Positions 17,051 through 24,177 of a stretch of DNA of 50,469 bases are shown here, one piece after another (position 1 is the first letter of the stretch; each line of letters starts with the position of its first letter). A program made the translations under genes and the position numbers. This DNA comes from a virus: positions 1-50,469 of the IMG/VR virus record IMGVR_UViG_3300004883_000001; one strand, 5' to 3'. The notes under the pieces were generated by a model. It worked only from the letters and a program-made list of their open reading frames with translations. It was not told where the DNA came from and searched no databases.

Positions 17051-17492
17051 CTTAAGACCTGTTAAATCAGGCAAGACCAGAATATCGGTCTTCACATAAA
17101 GACGCGCTAGGCAATAGTCTATAATGCGGCGTCACTTGGCGAGATAACACTTGCGAGTATGGTATGCTTCCCAACCACATCGGGCGGGGGCGGTCCTGTA
17201 AACCTCATATGCAAGCGATAACAGTTTCCCACACGCTATAGGGTGCAAGTCCCGCGTGGTTAGTAGAAGTGGACTTCTAAAGTAGGGTATTGCGTACCCA
17301 TTTGCAATGCTTTAGTAGTGAGCGAGGGTTTTAGCAGGCCTTTGATGCAAGTATGTAACAAGCGTTACCGCGTCCCGTCTATGGAAACTGAATTAATGAA
17401 TTGACTTAACAGTCACGTCATACGTTATCGTATGGCCAACTTGTTACGCCCCTTTGATATGTGAAAAGGCTATGGCTTCGAACCCGCCTTAG

Positions 17493-17503
17493 TAATCTAT
17501 CAT
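17493..17503 (+). promoter_or_regulatory. 11-mer TAATCTATCAT, copy 2
   Basis: Exact match, 103 nt upstream of small ORF 17606. It is followed by a 10-bp inverted repeat (17530-39 / 17581-90). Confidence 0.6.
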
Positions 17504-17605
17504 AGGCCAGCCGCTTGCGAGTTGTTGTGACTGTTATAGTGAGGCAATCGTTTTCCCCTTCCCTTTGCGCGGTTGTCTCTCTATAACAGTTATGAAGGGG
17601 TTACT

Positions 17606-17707
17606 ATGTTTGACCACATTTTCTTATACTACACACACAAGGCAACTCACGCGACAAGCGATAGTGAGGCTTTAAACTTCTACATAGAGGGGAATAAATA
17701 TGCATAA
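17606..17707 (+). CDS. Possible 33-aa ORF
   Basis: ATG preceded by GAAGGGG. It overlaps the next small ORF (ATGCATAA). Below the track threshold. Confidence 0.3.
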   Translation: MFDHIFLYYTHKATHATSDSEALNFYIEGNKYA

Positions 17708-17786
17708 AGACCGCTGGTTCGACTGGCAAACGCTAGTCGTCGTCATTATAAGCGGGCTCGTTCTCGGTTTCTCGGCGGTGCTATAA
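17700..17786 (+). CDS. Possible 28-aa single-TM peptide
   Basis: MHKDRWFDWQTLVVVIISGLVLGFSAVL with AGAGGGG upstream. Confidence 0.3.
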   Translation: MHKDRWFDWQTLVVVIISGLVLGFSAVL

Positions 17787-17922
17787 TGGTCCGTTTAATC
17801 TTTCAACTAATTGGATTGTATATCGTATGCAATCTTTTCAACATTCTGTGGGGACGGTCCCCGTAGGATAAATCGGCCAACTGTAGGCAATCAAGTCTAT
17901 GGCCAACCATGAAATGAGGAGG

Positions 17923-17933
17923 TAATCTATCAT
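17923..17933 (+). promoter_or_regulatory. 11-mer TAATCTATCAT, copy 3
   Basis: Exact match lying between SD GAGGAGG and the start codon. Its last two bases are the AT of ATG 17932. Confidence 0.6.
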
Positions 17934-18495
17934 GGCTACTACTAAAACTAAAAAGCCTGTCACTAAAACTGAGGCAGGCGGTAACGGTGTCACTATGACA
18001 CAAGTTAACACAGCTATCAAGTCTATGGTGAAAGCTTCCCAAGCTTTCGGTGTCGCTGCTGCGTCGGCTGCTGTCTTGGCTTTAATGCATTGCCAACAAC
18101 ACGGTGACGCGACTGGACTGCAACGCCTATACGCTGCCTTAGGTGAGACTGGTGTTCGCCTAGGCCCTATCCGTCAGAAGGCTCTGATGGCTTGGCTGCA
18201 GGTTTATAGCCCCGTCCGGAAAAATAACAAGTCAGGCGACTTTGGCCTTATCAAGGCTACAGCCCCTAACTATGTCGCGTTTGACACCGACGAAGCGGAA
18301 GCTAACCCGTTTCTCGACTTCATTCCCGACAGTACTCGCGGCCCCGTTATGCAATCGAATGTTAAGATTGCCAAACGTATCGCTTCTATGGTCACTAAAG
18401 ACTATGGTGACGCATGGGAAGGTGCTGCTCTGAACGTTGACGCTGTTATGGCAGAGGTTCGTCGCCAGCTTACTCCAACGGCTGATGGCGCTTAA
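17932..18495 (+). CDS. Hypothetical early protein
   Basis: 187 aa with a strong SD (GAGGAGG, 9-nt spacing) and a Lys/Thr-rich N-terminus. Confidence 0.7.
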   Translation: MATTKTKKPVTKTEAGGNGVTMTQVNTAIKSMVKASQAFGVAAASAAVLALMHCQQHGDATGLQRLYAALGETGVRLGPIRQKALMAWLQVYSPVRKNNKSGDFGLIKATAPNYVAFDTDEAEANPFLDFIPDSTRGPVMQSNVKIAKRIASMVTKDYGDAWEGAALNVDAVMAEVRRQLTPTADGA

Positions 18496-18787
18496 CCTCC
18501 CAAAGCTGGTTGAGGACTACTATGTGTGGTCTATAGCTTATTACCGTCAGGGGCGTTCGCTCGCCTCTGATAACATGTTTGACACATGCTGTAAGATATT
18601 GCTTGCAAACTATTCCAAGACACCAGACAGTTTTAAAAAGCTGACCACTAAATCGGATTTGAAATGCGGTACTGGTATGACGTTAACATATGAAAACCTC
18701 TACAACTCTGTAGAAGCTGACGTGTGCGACGCTGTATCTCACCGTTTAGAGAATGACAGGGAGTGGCCAGCCGAGTTGAATTACTAA
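18485..18787 (+). CDS. Hypothetical protein
   Basis: Track ORF 18437..18787. The internal ATG at 18485 overlaps the upstream stop by 11 nt. Its stop TAA is the start of 11-mer copy 4. Confidence 0.55.
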   Translation: MALNLPKLVEDYYVWSIAYYRQGRSLASDNMFDTCCKILLANYSKTPDSFKKLTTKSDLKCGTGMTLTYENLYNSVEADVCDAVSHRLENDREWPAELNY

Positions 18788-18795
18788 TCTATCAT
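18785..18795 (+). promoter_or_regulatory. 11-mer TAATCTATCAT, copy 4
   Basis: Exact match; its TAA is the stop codon of ORF 18485..18787. It shares the 18-mer CTAATCTATCATCAACA with copy 7. Confidence 0.6.
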
Positions 18796-18888
18796 CAACA
18801 GCAGGCCGCTTATTTGACGTAAGTAGGTTTGCAAACAACCTCGTAAGCTTGACGCTTGCGGGGTATTTTTATGGAAAGGAGTCCAGTC

Positions 18889-19026
18889 ATGCTTGATGTA
18901 ATGCTGTCTTCTGGAGAGGTTATCACACTTATCGCTGCATGGGGTGTGGTTATATATTTATTGATGTGCCTTATACTACTTATAGTGGGTATGTGGGTCA
19001 TAGGCTCGGAGATTAACCGAGGTTGA
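18889..19026 (+). CDS. 45-aa single-TM membrane peptide
   Basis: AAAGGAG lies 7 nt upstream of the ATG. Sequence: MLDVMLSSGEVITLIAAWGVVIYLLMCLILLIVGMWVIGSEINRG. Below the track threshold; the antisense track ORF 18810..19001 is judged a shadow. Confidence 0.5.
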   Translation: MLDVMLSSGEVITLIAAWGVVIYLLMCLILLIVGMWVIGSEINRG

Positions 19027-19109
19027 AATGTCCGTGAGCAACGCTACGTAGTGCGGGCCGACGCTGTATTCGGTCACATACAGCAGCTATTTAATTAATG
19101 GAGAGTGTT

Positions 19110-19370
19110 ATGCTTATCGAAATCGCCCTTATGTGTGCCTACGTATTCATAGGTATAGTTACTTTAGCTGTCTTACGGTCTTGCGAAGGTATTCAAGACT
19201 TCAACGAAGAAGATGTAGGATTGAACTTCTCTGTTGTTCTTGCGTGGCCTGTAGCATGGTTCTTTGGTTCAATACTGGCCCTCTACTGGGCATCCATGAA
19301 AGGCTCTGACCTTTTAATCAAGGTTTTTGAGGCCTTAAAGCCCAGTAAATCTGAAAAGTCTTCCCGCTAA
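19110..19370 (+). CDS. 2-TM membrane protein, paralogue A
   Basis: Track ORF 19098..19370. I prefer ATG 19110 because GGAGAG then serves as the SD. A 19-nt leader TTAATTAATGGAGAGTGTT is identical to that of the next gene. Confidence 0.65.
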   Translation: MLIEIALMCAYVFIGIVTLAVLRSCEGIQDFNEEDVGLNFSVVLAWPVAWFFGSILALYWASMKGSDLLIKVFEALKPSKSEKSSR

Positions 19371-19424
19371 CCCTTTGAAATCATTGATTAAACAAGGGTA
19401 ATTAGTTAATTAATGGAGAGTGTT

Positions 19425-19664
19425 GTGACTACAGTTATAATTCTAGGGGTCTACCTACTAATCGGTGTAGTCTTTCTTGGTGTTGTGCAATTCCTCTCGG
19501 AGGATGTCCTACGACAAAAAGAGGATACGTTATTAGCGATAATAGTATTAATAGGATGGCCTCTAGTTGCACTGGTCGTTGCAGGAGAAGCTCTCTATAA
19601 TTTACTCTTTCTATTATCTACCTATGTCACTGAAATCATCAAGAAAATCAGTACATCTCGCTAA
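19425..19664 (+). CDS. 2-TM membrane protein, paralogue B
   Basis: Track ORF 19413..19664. GTG 19425 follows the same 19-nt leader and the topology is the same (TM - acidic loop - TM with a WP motif). Its stop TAA starts 11-mer copy 5. Confidence 0.65.
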   Translation: MTTVIILGVYLLIGVVFLGVVQFLSEDVLRQKEDTLLAIIVLIGWPLVALVVAGEALYNLLFLLSTYVTEIIKKISTSR

Positions 19665-19672
19665 TCTATCAT
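19662..19672 (+). promoter_or_regulatory. 11-mer TAATCTATCAT, copy 5
   Basis: Exact match; its TAA is the stop of 19425..19664. GGAGG lies 4 nt downstream. Confidence 0.6.
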
Positions 19673-19688
19673 CATTTGGAGGACCACA

Positions 19689-19817
19689 GTGGCACCTTTT
19701 AGAACATATCCGCGTCGGCGTCGGCGTTGGCTATCGCAGCTCAACAACGTTAACGTAGAGAGTCCTGGAGAACGGGTTCTCTTCTGCCGTGCGAAAAAAC
19801 GACGGAGAGTGAAATGA
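19689..19817 (+). CDS. Possible 42-aa Arg-rich peptide
   Basis: GGAGG-N7-GTG start. Sequence: MAPFRTYPRRRRRWLSQLNNVNVESPGERVLFCRAKKRRRVK. It has an ATGA overlap with the next gene. Confidence 0.35.
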   Translation: MAPFRTYPRRRRRWLSQLNNVNVESPGERVLFCRAKKRRRVK

Positions 19818-20410
19818 CTGAACAGCTTATTATCCGAGGCGACACGGTCCGCTTAAAGACAGAAAGAAGACATATCAAGGTCACTCGCGTGTACGGACGG
19901 CGTGTTGCCAGTTGTTTCGATGAAGGTGGCCTGGTATTCGACGGGTACTACATCACCTCTGGTATGACGGTATCTGAAAAGTCGGTGTCAACGGCTATCC
20001 GCGTAAAGAAAGGTGAGTCTGAACAGCTTACTACAGATACGGCCCAGGAAAACGGCGAGTATGTCATGTTCAACGATAACAATGTTGTGCAGGCTAATCG
20101 CTGGGTGCTGGATGAAGGGTCTTGGTATTACTACAGCGATGCGGAGAAGAGATGGAAACGTGTCGCTAGAAGGGCGTATCCTTTAAAGGTCTTATATGCC
20201 TCTCCTACTCCCCTTGGATTTAAGCCTTTCGACCTTTTGGAGGGCAAACCTTACAGGCCTTTTGTCACATGGCACGGGTTTCACTTCCCTTCTGCACACT
20301 ATAAACCTATGAAGGAGAAATCCTGTCGTCTATTGCAGGTCTGTGCAGCCTATGAGCAATGGGTGAAAGACGGTTGCCCTAGGCCTCCCACCCCTGCCCC
20401 GTTTAAGTAA
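19814..20410 (+). CDS. Hypothetical protein
   Basis: 198 aa with GGAGAG upstream. The stop context is TAATCTTTT. Confidence 0.7.
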   Translation: MTEQLIIRGDTVRLKTERRHIKVTRVYGRRVASCFDEGGLVFDGYYITSGMTVSEKSVSTAIRVKKGESEQLTTDTAQENGEYVMFNDNNVVQANRWVLDEGSWYYYSDAEKRWKRVARRAYPLKVLYASPTPLGFKPFDLLEGKPYRPFVTWHGFHFPSAHYKPMKEKSCRLLQVCAAYEQWVKDGCPRPPTPAPFK

Positions 20411-20437
20411 TCTTTTAAATAAACTCTCTGGAGAAAT

Positions 20438-20800
20438 ATGATGAATAATCTATCATGGCTGCTATACCTCGCTGAGGTTTGCGGTAACCTTAAAATCGTA
20501 TCGGAAGCCTTTTTTTGGGTTGGAGCGATTCTCTTAGCTGTAGCAGGAATATGTTTAGGTCCTGTCGCTGAAATGGACTCTGATGACGAGATGTGGGGTA
20601 GAGGGATTAGTGTAGCTAAAAAATCTATCCCTCTATTAGTAGTAGGAGTAGTCCTCACAGTCTTCGTCCCTTCGAAAACAACAGTTTACCTTATCGCTGC
20701 CTCTGAAATGGGCGAAGAGGCTATGAACACCGAGACAGCACAGAAGATAGGCGACTATCTAGACGTGCTTCTGGACGAACTAACAGGTGTGGCTGAGTAA
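20438..20800 (+). CDS. Membrane protein (about 3 TM)
   Basis: 120 aa with GGAG upstream, hydrophobic segments and an acidic C-terminus. Confidence 0.7.
   Translation: MMNNLSWLLYLAEVCGNLKIVSEAFFWVGAILLAVAGICLGPVAEMDSDDEMWGRGISVAKKSIPLLVVGVVLTVFVPSKTTVYLIAASEMGEEAMNTETAQKIGDYLDVLLDELTGVAE
20446..20456 (+). promoter_or_regulatory. 11-mer TAATCTATCAT, copy 6
   Basis: Exact match, inside codons 3-7 of ORF 20438 (read as N-N-L-S-W). It is followed by GGCT, as in copy 3. Confidence 0.55.
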
Positions 20801-21034
20801 TCGTTCCAGGACAGCCGCGTCCTGTTCCATATTAGTGACGGACATGTTACCTGCTGTGTCATGTGACCTCTGAGTCGTCAATTTTCGAACGGCCTCGCGG
20901 CTGTCACCCTTTTCATCTCAGTTCCGTGGGCGGTTTGCTGACGACCTCTTCGCGTACACTCATAAAACCTCGTTTAAGCATCTTTAATGCATCCTTCCTT
21001 GACTGGACCTGATGCGCGCCTCTATGCGACCATC

Positions 21035-21062
21035 TTGAGTGAGAAGTAACTGGCGCTATAAA
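21035..21062 (+). promoter_or_regulatory. sigma70-like promoter candidate (TTGAGT-N16-TATAAA)
   Basis: Located in the 340-nt ORF-free gap upstream of ORF 21140. Confidence 0.3.
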
Positions 21063-21121
21063 AGTTAGATATTGTGAATGTACTAACTATACTCCTGTTC
21101 AATCGGGAGGCTGAGACCATC

Positions 21122-21132
21122 TAATCTATCAT
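21122..21132 (+). promoter_or_regulatory. 11-mer TAATCTATCAT, copy 7
   Basis: Exact match, 8 nt upstream of ATG 21140 and 23 nt upstream of ATG 21155. Confidence 0.6.
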
Positions 21133-21139
21133 CAACAAC

Positions 21140-22192
21140 ATGGAGGGCACGGAGATGCCTACTTATCCAGAAATAACTGACCCTCAAACTACAGCATTTC
21201 GTGCCCTGTTTGATAAACGTTCTGTTAAAAGTCGGAAGACGTTCTACGCGAACTATAAAGTCAAACACCTTAACAATGCTTTGAAGGGCAGCATTTCTTA
21301 CTTCCGTAATGACACGGTTTTCTCTGGCCTCGCTATTGAAGGTAAAATCGGTCCAGCGTATGCCGCCCAGTTGTCTCGCTCCTGTAGTGGTAAGTATTCT
21401 GTACTAAGACAGAGAGGGGATTTCACAAAGAAGGTTCAAGAGCTTCGATTGTTTTTGTCTATGTGCAACACTGACTATAACCAAGAGCTTCTGAACCACT
21501 TAGTGGAGTCTACGAGAGGTTCTTTCGCCCCTAGAACTATCGGGTACCCAAACTGTTGCGGGGCGTACCTCTACGATGGCCTTAAGCTCCCGTATGAACG
21601 GATTAACATGGACGCCAAAACCTTGAAAGAGTGGGCGGCGGGTATATCTCAGGTTGGCTCTGGTCCTGGACGTTTCATTGTTTTACCTGAACATGTTGCA
21701 GACGAGTACGGCCAACCGTTTGAAGACATAGGTTTCGTTAGGTTCCTTACCTACGACAACGTCGTCTACTTCTTCCGTGCTAAGCTCAGGGACCACCATG
21801 CAGCCCGTGTCAAGAAACAGAAGTTGACCTTCGTTCCTAAGTTAAAAAAGCTTCAAGAGGATGCAAGAGAAGTCGAGCTCAACAGCTCAGCTTTCCCTAA
21901 GATTCCGAGCCAATCTATCAAAGGCTGCTTGAGTATTTACTCTGGTTTTAGTTCTAACAGTAAGTTAGGGCCTAGGTCTTTTACATCCTCTCTGGCTCCC
22001 GTGGATATGTTGCTCTTAAGGGAGCTTAACACCGACAAACAGATAACTAAACATTATCGCCACGTGGAAGCGTTAGGGTTTAAACCTCTCTATGATGGGT
22101 TTGAGCCTTTCCAGAACTCGGTACACTCTGACAGTAACCGTTGGCTGTTGCCTATGTACCGCATCAACCCCTTCTACGAAGAGGACCGATAG
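21140..22192 (+). CDS. Hypothetical protein
   Basis: 350 aa. The alternative start ATG 21155 has GGAGG/GGAG upstream. No motif recognised. Confidence 0.7.
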   Translation: MEGTEMPTYPEITDPQTTAFRALFDKRSVKSRKTFYANYKVKHLNNALKGSISYFRNDTVFSGLAIEGKIGPAYAAQLSRSCSGKYSVLRQRGDFTKKVQELRLFLSMCNTDYNQELLNHLVESTRGSFAPRTIGYPNCCGAYLYDGLKLPYERINMDAKTLKEWAAGISQVGSGPGRFIVLPEHVADEYGQPFEDIGFVRFLTYDNVVYFFRAKLRDHHAARVKKQKLTFVPKLKKLQEDAREVELNSSAFPKIPSQSIKGCLSIYSGFSSNSKLGPRSFTSSLAPVDMLLLRELNTDKQITKHYRHVEALGFKPLYDGFEPFQNSVHSDSNRWLLPMYRINPFYEEDR

Positions 22193-22193
22193 C

Positions 22194-22727
22194 ATGGCAA
22201 AGAAAGCCCCTAAGGTTGAGACTCCTTTTGTCTGGAAGCCTTTAACTATCTGTTTGAAGTATCCTGCTACTCCTATCACTTTTACAGAGCTATCGGAACA
22301 GCAGCAGGAGCTATCCGCTCAACGCCCTATAATGTCGTTTGAAGAGGATTTCTCAACGGTAAATATTGAGTCTGATGGTAAGAACCCTACATATATTGAG
22401 ATTGATGACATACCTCCTCTTGAAGGTTCGGTGGATGAAGGAGGTTTTTCTAAGGGAAGCCTTTGTCAGTACATCTTTATGTCGGAGGACGAGGAGTTAA
22501 TGATTGCCTTCCTTACGTCTCCTAGCGCTGTTCGTGCAGGTATGCTACGTACACAGGAGTTTGACGACGGAAGTCGCCTATACTTCATAGGCTTCCAAGA
22601 CACTACCGAGGCTACATACTTCTATTGGGAGATGGCTTATGAGCCAGGACTAATGGAACGTGTCACCTTTAACGGTCACCGAGTTATCTGCGGGGAAGAG
22701 TTAATCTCCCGTGGGTCAGCTATCTAA
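22194..22727 (+). CDS. Hypothetical acidic protein
   Basis: Track ORF 22092..22727. ATG 22194 starts 2 nt after the upstream stop with GAGGA upstream. Its stop TAA starts 11-mer copy 8. Confidence 0.65.
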   Translation: MAKKAPKVETPFVWKPLTICLKYPATPITFTELSEQQQELSAQRPIMSFEEDFSTVNIESDGKNPTYIEIDDIPPLEGSVDEGGFSKGSLCQYIFMSEDEELMIAFLTSPSAVRAGMLRTQEFDDGSRLYFIGFQDTTEATYFYWEMAYEPGLMERVTFNGHRVICGEELISRGSAI

Positions 22728-22735
22728 TCTATCAT
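22725..22735 (+). promoter_or_regulatory. 11-mer TAATCTATCAT, copy 8
   Basis: Exact match; its TAA is the stop of 22194..22727. It lies 19 nt upstream of ATG 22754. Confidence 0.6.
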
Positions 22736-22753
22736 CATCTGCGAGGTCATAAC

Positions 22754-23218
22754 ATGACAACATCTCTTAACCCCACAATCATCCCTTCGGACAGGCTCCT
22801 ACAGGCTGGTGACATCTTTGCTGTGTATGGTACGTTACGTAAAGGTAACGGTAACTACAAGTACACTGGTATGCGTACAGGCGCTAAGTTCCTTGGAGAG
22901 GAGACCGTACAGGGCACCTTGTATCACCTAGGAGGCTTCCCAGGGCTTACTCAAGAGGCTTCTCCTGTTCCAGTGACCGTAGAGGTATATAAACTTCTAG
23001 ACCCCGCCTTAGGGGTCCGCTTAGACCGTCTGGAGGGCTATAAACCTGCTAAGCCGGAGGGTAGTATGTATATCCGTGCTAAGACGGTGACCAACAGTGG
23101 TCGTGAGGCGTTTATCTACTACTACAACTCTCTTCGTGTTCCTGCCCGTAGGGTAATCCTGTCAGGTGACTGGCATAACCGTGGTGAGATAGGGGCTCTT
23201 GAGAAGGCCGCCTCTTAA
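22754..23218 (+). CDS. Gamma-glutamyl cyclotransferase-like protein (AIG2/GGACT family)
   Basis: 154 aa. The family pattern is present: IFAVYGTLRKGNGNY ... GTLYHLGGFPGL ... VEVYKL ... LDRLEGY. Confidence 0.8.
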   Translation: MTTSLNPTIIPSDRLLQAGDIFAVYGTLRKGNGNYKYTGMRTGAKFLGEETVQGTLYHLGGFPGLTQEASPVPVTVEVYKLLDPALGVRLDRLEGYKPAKPEGSMYIRAKTVTNSGREAFIYYYNSLRVPARRVILSGDWHNRGEIGALEKAAS

Positions 23219-23296
23219 AAGGGTATATATCAACCCCCACAGGCGACAAGTCTATTATACCACATATTTTCAATTTGTCAAGCGAAAAATAAAAAA

Positions 23297-24142
23297 ATGT
23301 CTAAAAAAAGCAAGCGTAGGGCACGCAACAAGCGAAAGCTCGAAGAGCAACGTAAAAACACAGAGGAGTCAAACGTGATTCTACCGTTCAAGAAGAAGAA
23401 AGCCAACAAACGTATCATCAAGGTTCATGTGGTCGAAGCCCCAGGGACGTATGGCTCCTCTATCTACCGTGCGTGGGTCGCGTGCGACCCCTTCATGGAG
23501 GTATGTAGAAAGCCTATGGACGCAGATGTTTTGCTGTTCACTGGCGGTGCTGACGTATCCCCTCAAATCTACGGACAGCCTCCCCATAAGCGGACACATT
23601 GCGATGTTAATCGTGACAATTATGAGACAGCGTTGTTCGCCATAGGCAAAGACAAACTCAAGGTAGGCATCTGTCGAGGCGCCCAGCTATTGAACGTCCT
23701 GTCTGGTGGCTCTATGCTGCAACATGTTTCAGGGCACACGTCATCACATGACCTCGTCCTCCTGCATGAGAAGAATGCTATAATGCGTGATGTGCCTTCC
23801 ACTCACCATCAGATGATGCTGCCCTCGCCTCACGTACACACTAGAAGCATCCTTGCTACGGCCTATAAAGATGGGAAACAGTGTATAGCCTCCCCTATGG
23901 AAAAGGAAGTCCCTACGGAGATGATGCGGGAGCGTTGGAAGTTCTTAGAGAAATATAAGTCAAAAGACTTCAACCCGTTCCAAATGGACGCTGAGATTTT
24001 GTATTACTATAACACCAACTCGTTGTGTATACAAAGCCATCCCGAGAAACGGAAATGCCCCTCACAGTTCACCGCTTATTGTAACAATCTAATTGTCACT
24101 CTGGCAGAACGCCACATCAAAAGATTAGCGGAAGCTAGCTAA
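23297..24142 (+). CDS. Class-I glutamine amidotransferase / peptidase C26 (gamma-glutamyl hydrolase, PuuD-like)
   Basis: FTGGADVSPQIYG ... GICRGAQLLNVLSGGSMLQHV ... STHHQMM. The first 26 codons are polybasic and lack an SD. GTG 23375, preceded by GAGGAG-N6, is an alternative start. Confidence 0.8.
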   Translation: MSKKSKRRARNKRKLEEQRKNTEESNVILPFKKKKANKRIIKVHVVEAPGTYGSSIYRAWVACDPFMEVCRKPMDADVLLFTGGADVSPQIYGQPPHKRTHCDVNRDNYETALFAIGKDKLKVGICRGAQLLNVLSGGSMLQHVSGHTSSHDLVLLHEKNAIMRDVPSTHHQMMLPSPHVHTRSILATAYKDGKQCIASPMEKEVPTEMMRERWKFLEKYKSKDFNPFQMDAEILYYYNTNSLCIQSHPEKRKCPSQFTAYCNNLIVTLAERHIKRLAEAS

Positions 24143-24150
24143 TCTATCAT
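24140..24150 (+). promoter_or_regulatory. 11-mer TAATCTATCAT, copy 9
   Basis: Exact match; its TAA is the stop of 23297..24142. It lies 28 nt upstream of ATG 24178. Confidence 0.6.
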
Positions 24151-24177
24151 TACACGTCACATTTCTAGGAGATTATT

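Noticed and set aside
17471-17490. GGCTTCGAACCCGCC looks like a tRNA T-arm (TTCGAA loop)
   Set aside because: The flanks do not pair into a T stem, and no acceptor, D or anticodon arms can be drawn around it. It is not a tRNA. A similar GCTTCGACC in block A (16605) is noted only as a weak similarity.
21140-22192. GKIGPAYAAQ in the 350-aa unknown protein resembles the GIGPAY(E/x)DK motif of adenylosuccinate synthetase (PurA/PurZ). With the HD and MazZ-like genes, that would have implied a Z-base (2-aminoadenine) pathway.
   Set aside because: The GDEGKGK P-loop and the other PurA motifs are absent and the rest of the sequence does not align by eye, so I treat the match as coincidental. A profile search would settle it.
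16053-23241. The 9-mer ACCCCCACA occurs at 16053 and again in the intergenic leader at 23233
   Set aside because: Two copies of a 9-mer in 100 kb of two-strand sequence are within chance expectation, and there is no further shared context.
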